A DNA stretch of 64,000 bases from a virus: the IMG/VR virus record IMGVR_UViG_3300035494_000146, one strand, 5' to 3'. The notes beneath the pieces were generated by a model. That model was not told where the DNA came from. It made no database searches and saw only the letters and a list, made by a program, of their open reading frames with translations. Below, piece by piece: positions 1-10,732 of this stretch (within the stretch, counting starts at the first letter, position 1; each line of letters begins with the position of its first letter). The translations under genes and the position numbers were made by a program.

Positions 1-2865
1 TTCACGTGCAATAATTTTATTGTCAGAGAGAAAACCCACCGACATCGGCACGGATCCAGCAACAGAACCGCGGGCGCCGGCAAGATCCACCTCGTTACTG
101 TAGCTAAACGTTATTCGTTTAGTTGCAGCGCTGAGGTGGTCAAACTTGCTCACCGTCCCGTCGTTTTTGGAGAATGGTACCACCTTCGGAATCATGTAAG
201 TTCGATGGTAAGCGACCGCACACATTCGGTCACCCGCGTCGATTACGCCAGCCAATCGGTCCACGTTACCATAAGGCATTGCGGCCCATTCACCGCTCGG
301 CGCGATCGCCGTCGTCTCGGCACCAGTAGGCTTAATTTTAATTGGGAAGGCACTACGATCATCTAAGTTAACAACCCCAGTTTTAAAATCAACGCGGTAA
401 CTATAACTAACTCGGTGATGTCGGGATTCGGTGGCATTTCTCAGATACACAGTCGTGTAGTTGAACACCCTGACCTCATCCTCTCGAATTGCGATGTCGT
501 AGTTATTTAACGACCTGACAGGCATAACTGTGGTCCAAGTGCCGTTATCTTCACGTAGTGCGTACGGTTTATCTGAAATGTTACTTGACACATTTACGCG
601 AGACAGGGGGGCAATATCTACGTTAGCGAAAGCGTCGCCATAAATATCGATGCCAGACAGCTTAACCGCCGCAGGCGCTAATGCCACCCCACGCTCGACG
701 TCACTAACTGACACACGCCACAACCTGACGGATAAGCCCAACCCACGGCCAACTTCTTGATGTAAGATATAAACATATTCACCGGCAATGAATGGAATCG
801 TATTCCAGTTCATCCACCATTCACCCAAAAGCGGTGAGCCGACATGGTGCTCGCCATCCATAGTGCCTCGGGTAAGTACCAAATGTGCATTACCGTCCGA
901 CATCTTGGCAATAAACACACCGGCACTGCCGCGGGATGCGGCCAGCACCCGAACACCGAACGGTAAGTAGCGAGGTCGATACTCAGCCGCTGTGTTGATA
1001 AACCTTGAGAAACCGCCCGATCCGTCAAGGTCACCATACGAATAATATACACCGCTGTCAATAACGTCCGCACCATTACGAAGTAGAACTAACCTACCGC
1101 CCACCTCGAACTCACCAACAACTGCATAATTGCTGATATTTACCCCGGCTGCAGGATAGCTCCCGCGGGCAGGAATGGGAAGATAGCTTGCATCGCCGTA
1201 CTTTTGAATGTCAAACGCTTCACTTGGGATGGTTTCGAACAGGTCGTTTTCAACGGCCTCTGTCCGGTCGTCCAGTCCTGCAGCCACTGCGGTGGTGATC
1301 ACACTGTCCGTCGCACTACTGATGTCGGTAGCTAATTTAACCAGCCCCCGACTCTCAGGTCCCGCAGCCTCCAACCCTTCCAGATCAGCCAGGGTGTGTG
1401 TATGATCCACTGCCGGCTTCGCAGCAGCAGCTGTCTTGAATGCGTTACTGGCAGGTTTGCTATTGGGATGGGTGTTGTCCACACGACCCAGGCCAAAGTC
1501 AGTCTTGCTGAATGTCAGGTTGCCAGTTAAAGCACGTCCATTCACCATACGCGAGGTGGGCACCAGCGTCGCCAGTAGGTCATGGATTGCTTTCAGGGCG
1601 CTCGGTGTGGCTGCCTTGTCCGTGTCGTTAGACACTGTTGATGTCGACAAGCTAAACAGACCGTCAGCGGTAGCGGTGGCGATGGGGAACGACACATCAC
1701 CAGTCAAAGGGCGAGACGGTGTGCCAATACCGCGTAAAGTAATATGGTCGCCAGCGCCCGTATATACCTGCTGACTACTACTACCTTGATCAGGTACGTA
1801 ATCGGCGATATTACCTGCATGGATCACATAGAAGCCGTTATACACCAGTGGGTCAGTCACGTCGTGGCTGTAACTGCGGTGAAGTGATAACGAGTTCTGG
1901 CCAGATTGCAGACCAATTGCGGTTTTGTCTTCGGTGCCGTTTGACGTCAGAGTCACGTTACCTGTAGCGACCAGTGCCAAATCCCCAGTCTTCAGGTCCA
2001 AGGTACTGGCACCGCCCTGACCCTGAATCACGCAAGTATCGCCCTCGAGCCGCAGCCGCCCTTGCAGTTGGTCACCGATCAAATCCGCCAAGCGTTCCTT
2101 GTCACTAATTTCAATCGCAGCACTTTCCACAAAGGCCACAAACTGTGCCAGTGTGAGTCCGTACGCTTTCAGTGCATCAACCGCAGTACCGTCCTTCTTG
2201 ATGGCGTTAAGCTGAGTGTAAGTAACTGCATGGGGGTATGTGCGATCTTCATGCACTGCCACATCAAACGTATGGATTTTATCACCCAACGCTGCAATGC
2301 TAGCCATGACATTTTCGTAAGCTTGACGTTCCTGCTCTGCCAGTTGGCGCAATGTCGCAGCCAATTTATCCAATTTCCCAGTAATGGCGTCATCGCGAAT
2401 GGCCCCATTGATGTCATCAGGGGCAACGATCACCGGCACCATGCGTGGGAACTTCATTACATCAACCCAGTCTGCGTTGCGCGGATCAGGGTTGTCTTCG
2501 CGTGCCAGGTAGTTCAGTGCTTCTTCAAACGGGATGGTGTGGGGACCGCCCAGCGTCCGATACTGCTTAAATTCCACTTCGCCTGCCAGGCTGCGATCCA
2601 ACAACATGATGCTGCCGTACACTGGCATTTTGTTCGCAGTGGAGGCCTCAGCGAAACGATGACCGAGGTAGTAGTCGATCCCCTCCAATAGCGTACGGCC
2701 AGAAGGACGATGCCGCACCACCAGGTCTTTACGGTAAAAGGGGGCAAATTTAGGGATGACTGACCCCCACTTATTCGGGTAGTCAGCCAAGGCGTGCCGC
2801 TCGTCCACGACCAAGTTAGCGGCAGACGAAGCAGTTGAATCGTACGGATAGGCGTAATCGGCCAT
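1..2865 (-). CDS. Tail fibre / tail-associated protein, paralog 3 (partial, 3' end beyond window start; missing from ORF track)
   Basis: ATG at 2865 with GAGG RBS; frame checked codon by codon as open over 1-1680, with no stop noticed in the rest. N-terminus MADYAYPYDSTA...ERH...VIPKFAPFYRKDLVV...LLEGIDYY matches the N-termini of the two neighbouring fibre genes; contains VPTSRMVNGRALTG and ATATADGLFSL fibre motifs. Confidence 0.8.
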   Translation of the reverse strand, partial: MADYAYPYDSTASSAANLVVDERHALADYPNKWGSVIPKFAPFYRKDLVVRHRPSGRTLLEGIDYYLGHRFAEASTANKMPVYGSIMLLDRSLAGEVEFKQYRTLGGPHTIPFEEALNYLAREDNPDPRNADWVDVMKFPRMVPVIVAPDDINGAIRDDAITGKLDKLAATLRQLAEQERQAYENVMASIAALGDKIHTFDVAVHEDRTYPHAVTYTQLNAIKKDGTAVDALKAYGLTLAQFVAFVESAAIEISDKERLADLIGDQLQGRLRLEGDTCVIQGQGGASTLDLKTGDLALVATGNVTLTSNGTEDKTAIGLQSGQNSLSLHRSYSHDVTDPLVYNGFYVIHAGNIADYVPDQGSSSQQVYTGAGDHITLRGIGTPSRPLTGDVSFPIATATADGLFSLSTSTVSNDTDKAATPSALKAIHDLLATLVPTSRMVNGRALTGNLTFSKTDFGLGRVDNTHPNSKPASNAFKTAAAAKPAVDHTHTLADLEGLEAAGPESRGLVKLATDISSATDSVITTAVAAGLDDRTEAVENDLFETIPSEAFDIQKYGDASYLPIPARGSYPAAGVNISNYAVVGEFEVGGRLVLLRNGADVIDSGVYYSYGDLDGSGGFSRFINTAAEYRPRYLPFGVRVLAASRGSAGVFIAKMSDGNAHLVLTRGTMDGEHHVGSPLLGEWWMNWNTIPFIAGEYVYILHQEVGRGLGLSVRLWRVSVSDVERGVALAPAAVKLSGIDIYGDAFANVDIAPLSRVNVSSNISDKPYALREDNGTWTTVMPVRSLNNYDIAIREDEVRVFNYTTVYLRNATESRHHRVSYSYRVDFKTGVVNLDDRSAFPIKIKPTGAETTAIAPSGEWAAMPYGNVDRLAGVIDAGDRMCAVAYHRTYMIPKVVPFSKNDGTVSKFDHLSAATKRITFSYSNEVDLAGARGSVAGSVPMSVGFLSDNKIIARE

Positions 2866-2899
2866 GACGAGAAACCTCAAGTTAGATACATACAAAAGA

Positions 2900-2921
2900 T
2901 GGCCGTCCCTAAGGACGACCA
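2900..2921 (-). terminator. Intrinsic terminator candidate between fibre genes
   Basis: Minus strand TGGTCGTCC-TTAG-GGACGGCCA followed by TCTTTT. Confidence 0.5.
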
Positions 2922-2938
2922 CCTGATTCATTATGGGT

Positions 2939-5900
2939 TTAGATGTCGCGATATGCGATGATCATGTAGTTTAACGTGCCGGGATGGGTGGCTGCTGCGG
3001 CGGCGCCCTCCGACTCGTACTTGGTTTTGATTGTCAGCGTGTGCGTCTTGAGGGTGTCGGCCCCCTGCACCAGCCTGGATGTGATGTCTGCATCACTCTC
3101 CGCCGGACGCGACAGTCGAATGTCGAAGCCGTCGATACCAGGACCCGTTCCGTTACTCGCAGCGCCCGCGGTACCGATATCGCCAAAGCCATACAACACC
3201 ACATACCGTGAACATGGAGGTGGTACTGGGAGCGTGCCTGTTGTCTGACCGGTCAGTATCATGACGTTCGCGTTGGTTTTAATGGCATTATACGCAGCCT
3301 CGGCAGTTAAGTACTCCTGCGACTGCCCTAACGCGCTGTCCCCAACGCAGTTAATGGTAACCTCCGACTGCCACGGGCCCGACCCTGCGCCGACGCGTGG
3401 CCCTACAGTGAGACCAAACACATCCGGCCCAACCACATCACGCAAACCTGCAGACGCACCAACACTTTCAACCGTCACCGCGTTGGTGGTGTATACAGGA
3501 ATTGAGCCAGCCGCATACGCCGTGCGCTCCACATGAAACTCCAAATTGATCCCTTTACGTACTGTACAAGTCACCTCCCGGTACGTATTGCCGTGTGCCA
3601 TCGTGACTGTGATCACAAACGGAGTATCGCCATCTTTATTGATCGTGGTTTTGACATGGTACGGGATGTTGGCAGGCATCTGGCTATCGCCGGTCAATAA
3701 TACCGTGATTGGAATCAGTTGGAAGCCGCCGTCTTTTACTATCACCTCGAACGTAACGTCGCCGCTATTGTGAATGCCAACCACTACCACTGCCGGGGTG
3801 TTGTTAATAACTCCCTCACCAACACAAATCCCGACTGCGGTCTGATTCGCTGTACCGCCCGGTTCGATCACGTACGAAACAGTACGCTGACGTATGTTGT
3901 CGTCCCACTGCGGCATCCGACTATAAAGGATCGTGTGTCCGTTCTGCGTGACCTGACTGGACATTATGGTTCCCATCGCTGCTGTAGACCCCCCTACTGA
4001 GATTAGTCGCTTACTAAACGCCACATCACTGTACGTGGTCACGATATCCCAACGGTCCAGGTTATCGTGCGAGTAAATCGACACCCCGTCAGATGTCGGT
4101 ACGTTCTTCAACAAGTCAAGTCCCAGTTGGGTCAGACCGTCGTTGGCACCGCCGCCATGAGGGAGTGTTTCATCAAGGTGGGCTTCCAGTTCTGAAAACA
4201 TCCCCACGGACGTGACAGGCTGTACATGCAGAATGCCGTCAGACGGCACCGCAAAACCATAACCACTACCGGCAGTGAGTGTGGTGCCATCGGTCTGCAC
4301 AGCAAACAAGAAACACTCACTGTTTGATTCTACAACCTTACGGGAGGTGAGTGCGACATAGTCAATGTTACCGTTAACCATCTGCATGTAGATGTAGAAT
4401 GTACGGTACTTATGATTGGTTGGGAACAGCGTCGCCAAATCTAACGTAGCGCCATTAACGGTTCTGGAGCGATCGATGGTAAAATCCACTTGGTTAAGGT
4501 AGACCTTAGCACCGGCAGGAATCGTGATCACAAACCCACTGTACGTGATAATCGGTTCCTCGAAACCCACGGCATCATCCAACGTCCACCACTTGAGGTT
4601 CAACGTCGATGAATGCTGCAACGCCCCGGTGTCATATTCCAGTTCCTTGATCACTGCGTCAATTTCCGACGCCACCTGTGGTGTCGCACCACCTCGCATT
4701 GACGTAATCACCTCAAGGTCATTCACCATGGACATGATACCGGCGGTGGTCTCGTCGGCGATGGGAACCTCGATCTCACCCACCGGGTGTTTGTGACCCG
4801 GAGCGGCATATCCGGCTAACAACTGCTGTTGCGGTGTGGAGATCGGCTTTTCCAAATCGTTGGTGTTGTCAACGCGGTCCAGATTAAGATCTGCAGTAGT
4901 GACGGTTACGTCCGCCGTTAACTCTTTTCCATTGACGCGTCGAGACGACGGCACGTAATTGTTAACCTTCAGTCTCAGATCGTTGATGGCTTTTGGTGTG
5001 GCGGCCACGTTTTGTCGCGTGCCAGTCAAGCTGCTGGATAAACGGGTGATCCCCCGCCCCGTAAGGGTGGCTGCTGGTAACCGCAGGTTCGCCACCAGAG
5101 GTGCCGCCTCCCAGCCAGCGCCAGACATCTCCACGTACTGTGTGTTAGCAGTTACAATCCGCGATGGTCCAGCACCAATCCCCAACAGCTCGGCACGAAT
5201 GTTCTTGGTGGTGTAGACCATCTTGCCGTTGTACTTCAGGGACGTTTCAGCACGCACACTACCATCACTGATTATTTCCAGCACGTTCTTGCCGGCCTTT
5301 AGCCGGTTAGGAATCGCTGAGGTCAACACACCCACTGCCGCCGCCAACTCGATCATTCCGGGTGCATTCAGCACCACATCCCCACTCGCCAGGTTAAGGG
5401 TCACATTGCCTAGCTGGTTGCGCAGTACCGCTTGACCGTCTTGCAGCGTCAGCGTGTCTGACAGTGTCTGACTGGTGACCTTATGCAGATAAAGGTCCAT
5501 ATCGGCCTGAGTGATACCTCGCACGTTGATGTATTCAGCCAACTCCATCAAGGTCTTGTTAAACGCCAAGAACGTGTCTTGCGCAGCCTGATGCGCCGGG
5601 AGCGCCATGGCCTGCACTGCGGTAGTGGCATGTGGGTTGGTCTTATCAACAATATGCAGGTCGTAACGGTACTGGTTCAGCAACGCGTTCAATGCCACAA
5701 CGCGTTGCTCCAGGTCCGCCACTGCGACCGCGGCTTCGTTTGCACTAGCATCAAGAATCGCTTGATTAAGGTCCTCCAACGCATCCGCCACCCCTTCTTT
5801 GTTAAGAAAGTCAGCGTAGTGCATTTCGTGCTCGTGTGGAGTGTAGTATTCGGGACGATCAATAATCCGCTCAAAGGGTGTCTTCACCGGATCAGTCAAG

Positions 5901-6268
5901 TGATTCGCCAAATACGTCATGATCTCAGACCGCACCCCCACGAACGTGGAGCCAACGGTTCGGTAATTCAAGGTGAACTCCCCAAACAGGTTAGGGTTGA
6001 TCAACACAATAGTGCCAAACAGTGGAGAACTGGCGATCGCTTTCACGCTAGTCAGTTTATTGCCGAGGTAATAGTCCACCCCCTCTTTTAATACGTGGGC
6101 GGAGGCCGTATGCACGACCTCCAGATCCTTCCGAAAGAACGGCGCCAGTTCCGGTGCAATCACCCGATACGTGTTGTTGTTGGTGGTGATGACGTGGCGC
6201 TCGTCCTTGATGCGACATTCTTCCCGAGACCCATCGGGGTCGTATGGGTAAGCGACGACAATAGACAT
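2939..6268 (-). CDS. Tail fibre protein, paralog 2 (~1109 aa)
   Basis: ORF 2939..6280; better start at 6268 (GGAG RBS). Shared N-terminal YPYDP/APFF/LKEGVDYY domain, H-x5-PH motifs (HIVDKTNPH, HLDETLPH), PAATLTGRGITRL and VPSSRRVNGKEL...DLNLDRVDN fibre repeats. Confidence 0.8.
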   Translation of the reverse strand: MSIVVAYPYDPDGSREECRIKDERHVITTNNNTYRVIAPELAPFFRKDLEVVHTASAHVLKEGVDYYLGNKLTSVKAIASSPLFGTIVLINPNLFGEFTLNYRTVGSTFVGVRSEIMTYLANHLTDPVKTPFERIIDRPEYYTPHEHEMHYADFLNKEGVADALEDLNQAILDASANEAAVAVADLEQRVVALNALLNQYRYDLHIVDKTNPHATTAVQAMALPAHQAAQDTFLAFNKTLMELAEYINVRGITQADMDLYLHKVTSQTLSDTLTLQDGQAVLRNQLGNVTLNLASGDVVLNAPGMIELAAAVGVLTSAIPNRLKAGKNVLEIISDGSVRAETSLKYNGKMVYTTKNIRAELLGIGAGPSRIVTANTQYVEMSGAGWEAAPLVANLRLPAATLTGRGITRLSSSLTGTRQNVAATPKAINDLRLKVNNYVPSSRRVNGKELTADVTVTTADLNLDRVDNTNDLEKPISTPQQQLLAGYAAPGHKHPVGEIEVPIADETTAGIMSMVNDLEVITSMRGGATPQVASEIDAVIKELEYDTGALQHSSTLNLKWWTLDDAVGFEEPIITYSGFVITIPAGAKVYLNQVDFTIDRSRTVNGATLDLATLFPTNHKYRTFYIYMQMVNGNIDYVALTSRKVVESNSECFLFAVQTDGTTLTAGSGYGFAVPSDGILHVQPVTSVGMFSELEAHLDETLPHGGGANDGLTQLGLDLLKNVPTSDGVSIYSHDNLDRWDIVTTYSDVAFSKRLISVGGSTAAMGTIMSSQVTQNGHTILYSRMPQWDDNIRQRTVSYVIEPGGTANQTAVGICVGEGVINNTPAVVVVGIHNSGDVTFEVIVKDGGFQLIPITVLLTGDSQMPANIPYHVKTTINKDGDTPFVITVTMAHGNTYREVTCTVRKGINLEFHVERTAYAAGSIPVYTTNAVTVESVGASAGLRDVVGPDVFGLTVGPRVGAGSGPWQSEVTINCVGDSALGQSQEYLTAEAAYNAIKTNANVMILTGQTTGTLPVPPPCSRYVVLYGFGDIGTAGAASNGTGPGIDGFDIRLSRPAESDADITSRLVQGADTLKTHTLTIKTKYESEGAAAAATHPGTLNYMIIAYRDI

Positions 6269-6283
6269 GCTTGTCTCCATGGA

Positions 6284-9200
6284 TTAATTGTTGGTGTACA
6301 TCCGCACATCGTTGAAGATGGTGATAACATAGGCAATTTGATTGATAGACCAACCGGTGTCCTCGGTCACCTCCACTCGGTTGTTATACTTGGTGAATGT
6401 CAAGGTACCGGTCTTAAGACCGCCGTTTGTATCTTGGATCTTGGTGTGCCCCAACCAGACGTGATAACTGGCAGGATCAACCACCCGTGGTAGTGGGATG
6501 GAATACGTGCCATTGACGTTATTCACCGCGAGCTTGCCGGAAATTACCGTGGTACGCACTCCCCATGAGTAGTTCTGGGCAAGGAGCTTGCCATCGGCGT
6601 AGTAGTTACCCACACTCTCGTCAGGGCGTTTGATATTCCGCCATGTAGAATAGGCTTGGGATTGAGCAGTATACCCAAACCGCGTAGAGCCTCGAAACTT
6701 TTCAAGGTCTCCAGTGAGTTCTACGGTATAAGTGGCGCCCACACTTTCTGACGCACCGCTAAAAGGGGAGAACTCCAGATCAATCCTATTACCCACCTTA
6801 ACTGCTCGGATGGTGCACTCGCCCAACTCATCCCAACCTTTGCGAAGTGGTTGGTTGAATTGCCACAGCACTCTACCACCGTGCAACGACTGCGTGTAGT
6901 TATATGCCACGAAGAAAGAGTAGTCCCTAGTATCGGTCCCGGTGGCATATGCAATGAGCGTATGCTCAACCCCATCAATAATGGCGAAACCCAGCACAAT
7001 GCCGATATGGTCATCGTCCGCATTGGTTGATGAGACTGCACACTCGAACTCGTAGTCTCCGACCAGTGAGTTACTAACCATCCCCACGCAGGACGATGAA
7101 TTGGTCAGGTTACGTATGCTGTCAGTGGCGGGCAAATATTCCCATGTGGTTGTTTCAGCGGGCAGTGATGGGTACACGCCGTCACTGCGATGTGAAAACC
7201 GATACCACGTATCGAAGACCTCCCGAAACGACGGAATCACCAGGCTCTCCAAGAGTGGCTTGTTCTCCACTAGACCCAGTCCGACATCCTGAGGGGTAAC
7301 TGACTCAGCATCGAACCCGTGCGCACTGCGTGCCTCGATATGGTCGGTTAGTTCCCGGAACTGCCCCAGCCGACATCTGCGCAGCACCTCCACCGTTACA
7401 ATGCCAGTACTGTTGGTGGTGAGCTTACCAATCCGTAACATAGCGGCAGAATCCACCACAAAATCACCCCTAAGGACATATCTAGCGCTGCCCCCCACCA
7501 CCTCCACGTAGATGTAGAACGCGGTGTTAAACCGCGTAGTGGGGAACAGCACCGCCAGATCCAGTTCAGTGATCGGTAACGTATATTGCACCTGCCCAGT
7601 GTAGTAAGGCTGAGTTTGGGTGAAGGTCAACTTCCACCCATTCTTGTTTACCGCAATTGGAGACGTACCATAACCACCAAAGTGGGACACGTCGATAAGG
7701 TTCTTCGGCAGGCGGGTGAAGATCTGACTCACTGCAAAGTTTGCGCGGTCGGCAATCTCCGCCACCTTAATACTGTCCGCCACGTCAGTGTTGTTGGGTG
7801 CAGACAGATCTTCCGTTACTCGCGCCACGCCCTTTACGGTAGTGGTGGCTGTCGGCACTGCGAAATCCTCGATACCATGCTCATGCACAGCTGGTGCCTT
7901 GTTCTCCAACAACAGTGTATGGTTGGGGTTTGCAGGCAGGCCCGTGTCAGGCACGTTCACCACATTGCCCAACCCAATACTGTCAGCAGTTAAAGTCACG
8001 TCACTCGACAAAGGCTGTCCATTGATCGTGCGCGTCTTGGGCACCTTGTTGGTAAACTCATCGTTGGTCAACTTAACCGCGTGCTCGCTGATTGCACGAT
8101 CGGTTTGGGTTCCCGACTGGCTTGTTACGGTGGCGATGCCTGGCAAGCCAAGGCCCGATTGCGGTATCATAGCCTCGATCTTGAGGGGGCTGGCTACTGT
8201 TCCTAATCCGCTGAATTTCAGCACGAGGGTGTCAGCTGTACGTAAGTCGACGATATACGTACCTACCGAGGGGATATGATCGGTAAGGTTTCCTTCATGC
8301 ACCACAGGGTGGCCGTTGAGACGCAAGTTATCCTTTTCTTGCACACCACCGGAAGAAATCACCTCCAGTACGTTAGTGCCAGCTTGCAGCTTCACTCGTT
8401 TGCCAGGTTGATTAGCGTTCTTGTCAGCGGTGACTGCCACCCCCTTCTTACTGTCAACTGCAGCATTGCCGCAATCAAGACTCAACACCACTCCAGCACC
8501 ATTCTTCATACCCTCAATCAACATGGCACCGTCGCGCAAGCGCAAATCACCTGTCACGGTTTTCCCACCACGGAGTTTGATGTAGGCGTCCAGATGCGCT
8601 TGGGTAATGCCTCGAGCATTCACATATGCGGTCAATTCAGCCAAAGTTTTTCCGTAGGCTTTTGCTGAGTTCGCAGCAACCCCATCCACCTTCAATGCGT
8701 CGGCATGGAACCATTTAGTGCCGTGTGGGTTGTTTTTATTGGTCAGGTGAGCAATCATCGGTGAGGTGTGTACTACCCGCTCCAGCTCCCGCAACCAGCG
8801 ATCGAGGAACTGGTAAAGTTCGTCCTCTTTCGGGTCCTTGGCGCTGATGCCGTCGGCCAACGTACGGATGCTGGCGGACAACACCTGTTCGTCGTAGTAT
8901 GCGGGACGATCAAACTTGATCTCCACAGGTGGGATGAACATTGGCTGACCCATGACATCAATCCAGTCTGCCTGTTGTGGGTCAGTCAACTCATTGGTCA
9001 GGTATTGCGTAATGCGTGATCGCGGTAGGGTGTATTTGTCACCTACTGTGCGGTAGTCAATGCGAAACGTCCCGGCGCGTTTGTCGTCAATCAACCAGAT
9101 GCCACCGAACACCAACTGGCCGAATCGATGACTGGCTTCCCGGTACGCAATGCACAGGTAATAGTCTCGTCCTTCAATGAGCTCCTCGGACCCAAGACGG

Positions 9201-9346
9201 ACCACCAGGTCCTTAAAAAAGAAAGGAGCGAATTTAGGGACAAGCACACGACGCTGGCCAGTAACCGCCGTCGGATGCTCCTCGCCCAGAATCCAGTTCT
9301 CCGGCGCCGACGCGTGCGGGTCGAAATTATAGTCGTACTGGGGCAT
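6284..9346 (-). CDS. Tail fibre protein, paralog 1 (~1020 aa) with lectin-like C-terminal region
   Basis: ORF 6284..9544; true start likely ATG 9346 (GAGGTG RBS, MPQYDYNFDP). Same N-terminal domain and motifs (HLTNKNNPH, VPKTRTINGQPL...IGLGNVVN, PTATTTVKGVARV). Confidence 0.8.
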   Translation of the reverse strand: MPQYDYNFDPHASAPENWILGEEHPTAVTGQRRVLVPKFAPFFFKDLVVRLGSEELIEGRDYYLCIAYREASHRFGQLVFGGIWLIDDKRAGTFRIDYRTVGDKYTLPRSRITQYLTNELTDPQQADWIDVMGQPMFIPPVEIKFDRPAYYDEQVLSASIRTLADGISAKDPKEDELYQFLDRWLRELERVVHTSPMIAHLTNKNNPHGTKWFHADALKVDGVAANSAKAYGKTLAELTAYVNARGITQAHLDAYIKLRGGKTVTGDLRLRDGAMLIEGMKNGAGVVLSLDCGNAAVDSKKGVAVTADKNANQPGKRVKLQAGTNVLEVISSGGVQEKDNLRLNGHPVVHEGNLTDHIPSVGTYIVDLRTADTLVLKFSGLGTVASPLKIEAMIPQSGLGLPGIATVTSQSGTQTDRAISEHAVKLTNDEFTNKVPKTRTINGQPLSSDVTLTADSIGLGNVVNVPDTGLPANPNHTLLLENKAPAVHEHGIEDFAVPTATTTVKGVARVTEDLSAPNNTDVADSIKVAEIADRANFAVSQIFTRLPKNLIDVSHFGGYGTSPIAVNKNGWKLTFTQTQPYYTGQVQYTLPITELDLAVLFPTTRFNTAFYIYVEVVGGSARYVLRGDFVVDSAAMLRIGKLTTNSTGIVTVEVLRRCRLGQFRELTDHIEARSAHGFDAESVTPQDVGLGLVENKPLLESLVIPSFREVFDTWYRFSHRSDGVYPSLPAETTTWEYLPATDSIRNLTNSSSCVGMVSNSLVGDYEFECAVSSTNADDDHIGIVLGFAIIDGVEHTLIAYATGTDTRDYSFFVAYNYTQSLHGGRVLWQFNQPLRKGWDELGECTIRAVKVGNRIDLEFSPFSGASESVGATYTVELTGDLEKFRGSTRFGYTAQSQAYSTWRNIKRPDESVGNYYADGKLLAQNYSWGVRTTVISGKLAVNNVNGTYSIPLPRVVDPASYHVWLGHTKIQDTNGGLKTGTLTFTKYNNRVEVTEDTGWSINQIAYVITIFNDVRMYTNN

Positions 9347-9453
9347 TTCACACCTCAAATAACTAGAGTAATAAGATAAGATCCAAGACATACTATTTGT
9401 CGGGGCCGATAGTATGTAAGTCGCAGACACCATGATCTCAAGGAGCTTTATAC

Positions 9454-10689
9454 ATGCACGGTCATTATCAATTGGCGGGATTAGCAGTGGCCAAGACCCG
9501 TCAAACGCGACGGTGGGATACCATCGACATCGAACTAACACCACTAAACGAACTCATCGCCAACTATCGCCAACTGGAGGTCCCGCTGACGGACTTCTAC
9601 GGGGCGGACAAGACCCTCGATTTGTTCCAGTATGAAGGGCGAATTCGAGACAGTCGTCGGACACTCCCACAGTGGCTCAACGACATCGGCCATGAGGCAT
9701 TGCAACTGACTGACGGCCATCCTTCTTTAATCATTGGGGAAACGCGTTACGTGCCACTCACGCTGCGTAAAGGCACCTTTAAGATGGCCAAGGCCGGATA
9801 CCACCCCTCACACGAGGTGGCCGTCGAAGATTACGATGATTTGGTCATCACGTACGACGACATTGCTCCGGCTGACTTGCATTATAAATGCCTGTTCACC
9901 ATCAATGGGCTAGTGGTCCCCACTACCTATCACCAATACGGCTGCCGGTTAAAGTACGCTGGCGATATCATCCGCAAGTCGGGTAGGATGGACGCAGGCC
10001 TGCTGTCATTTGAGCATATCGGCACCATAGCCCAGGTTCCGATCACTGCCGATAACATCCACAAGGTCAGCGAGCAGCACACCTACTTCGATCGCATCCT
10101 GATCGACGTTCGGCAGAACATCAACCGGAAGACGGTCGGGTTGGTACTGGGCGGTCATTTACACTTGCTCGATAATGTAGTGTCGGTGATTGGTGACAAC
10201 ACCATCGCGATAACGTTGCGGAACAGTCGTTATGTCGAGCGGGTGCTGGAGACCCAAGACACGTTGGACTTGGAGATGATGGGACTGGATGACATCGACA
10301 GTCAATCTGTGATGAGTCATGTCACTAGCGACAACGCCATCCACAAGTACCTGACGTCACCCTACAGTTTTCTGGTACTGATTGACAATCCGGACCTGAT
10401 GGTGGATAAAACCGGCGTGAGTCTGAGTGCCAAGATGGGAAGCTACGTGGTCCCGATCGATCGCACCCATTCTCGTTTAGTGGATCATTTGGGGCGGGGG
10501 ATTGAGTATTGGCCAGTGCGCGGAGAGTTCGTCTGGGCGCTGTGTGGCGTGGAGTCACATCGACAGACCTACATGCACCACGACACCGACTGGCTGCAGC
10601 TGGTCCGAATGAATGGCGGAGCTGCACCCTACCGGCCAGTGATGGAAATTGAACCAACGATGATTCATTACCGCGCACGCATCAAATAA
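9454..10689 (+). CDS. Conserved virion structural protein of phiKZ-like phages (gp163-like by synteny)
   Basis: 411-aa ORF with GGAG RBS; sits next to the spike and SbcC genes as in phiKZ-like genomes. Confidence 0.55.
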   Translation: MHGHYQLAGLAVAKTRQTRRWDTIDIELTPLNELIANYRQLEVPLTDFYGADKTLDLFQYEGRIRDSRRTLPQWLNDIGHEALQLTDGHPSLIIGETRYVPLTLRKGTFKMAKAGYHPSHEVAVEDYDDLVITYDDIAPADLHYKCLFTINGLVVPTTYHQYGCRLKYAGDIIRKSGRMDAGLLSFEHIGTIAQVPITADNIHKVSEQHTYFDRILIDVRQNINRKTVGLVLGGHLHLLDNVVSVIGDNTIAITLRNSRYVERVLETQDTLDLEMMGLDDIDSQSVMSHVTSDNAIHKYLTSPYSFLVLIDNPDLMVDKTGVSLSAKMGSYVVPIDRTHSRLVDHLGRGIEYWPVRGEFVWALCGVESHRQTYMHHDTDWLQLVRMNGGAAPYRPVMEIEPTMIHYRARIK

Positions 10690-10690
10690 C

Positions 10691-10720
10691 CGTGCAGGGA
10701 GGCATGTGCCTCCCTGCACG
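10691..10720. terminator. Bidirectional terminator hairpin between convergent genes
   Basis: CGTGCAGGGAGGCA-TG-TGCCTCCCTGCACG, 14-bp perfect inverted repeat. Confidence 0.7.
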
Positions 10721-10732
10721 CAGTTGTGTCAA

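Noticed and set aside
1-9346. Diversity-generating retroelement or shufflon acting on the tail fibres
   Set aside because: No reverse transcriptase, recombinase, or duplicated TR/VR or inverted crossover sites seen in the window.
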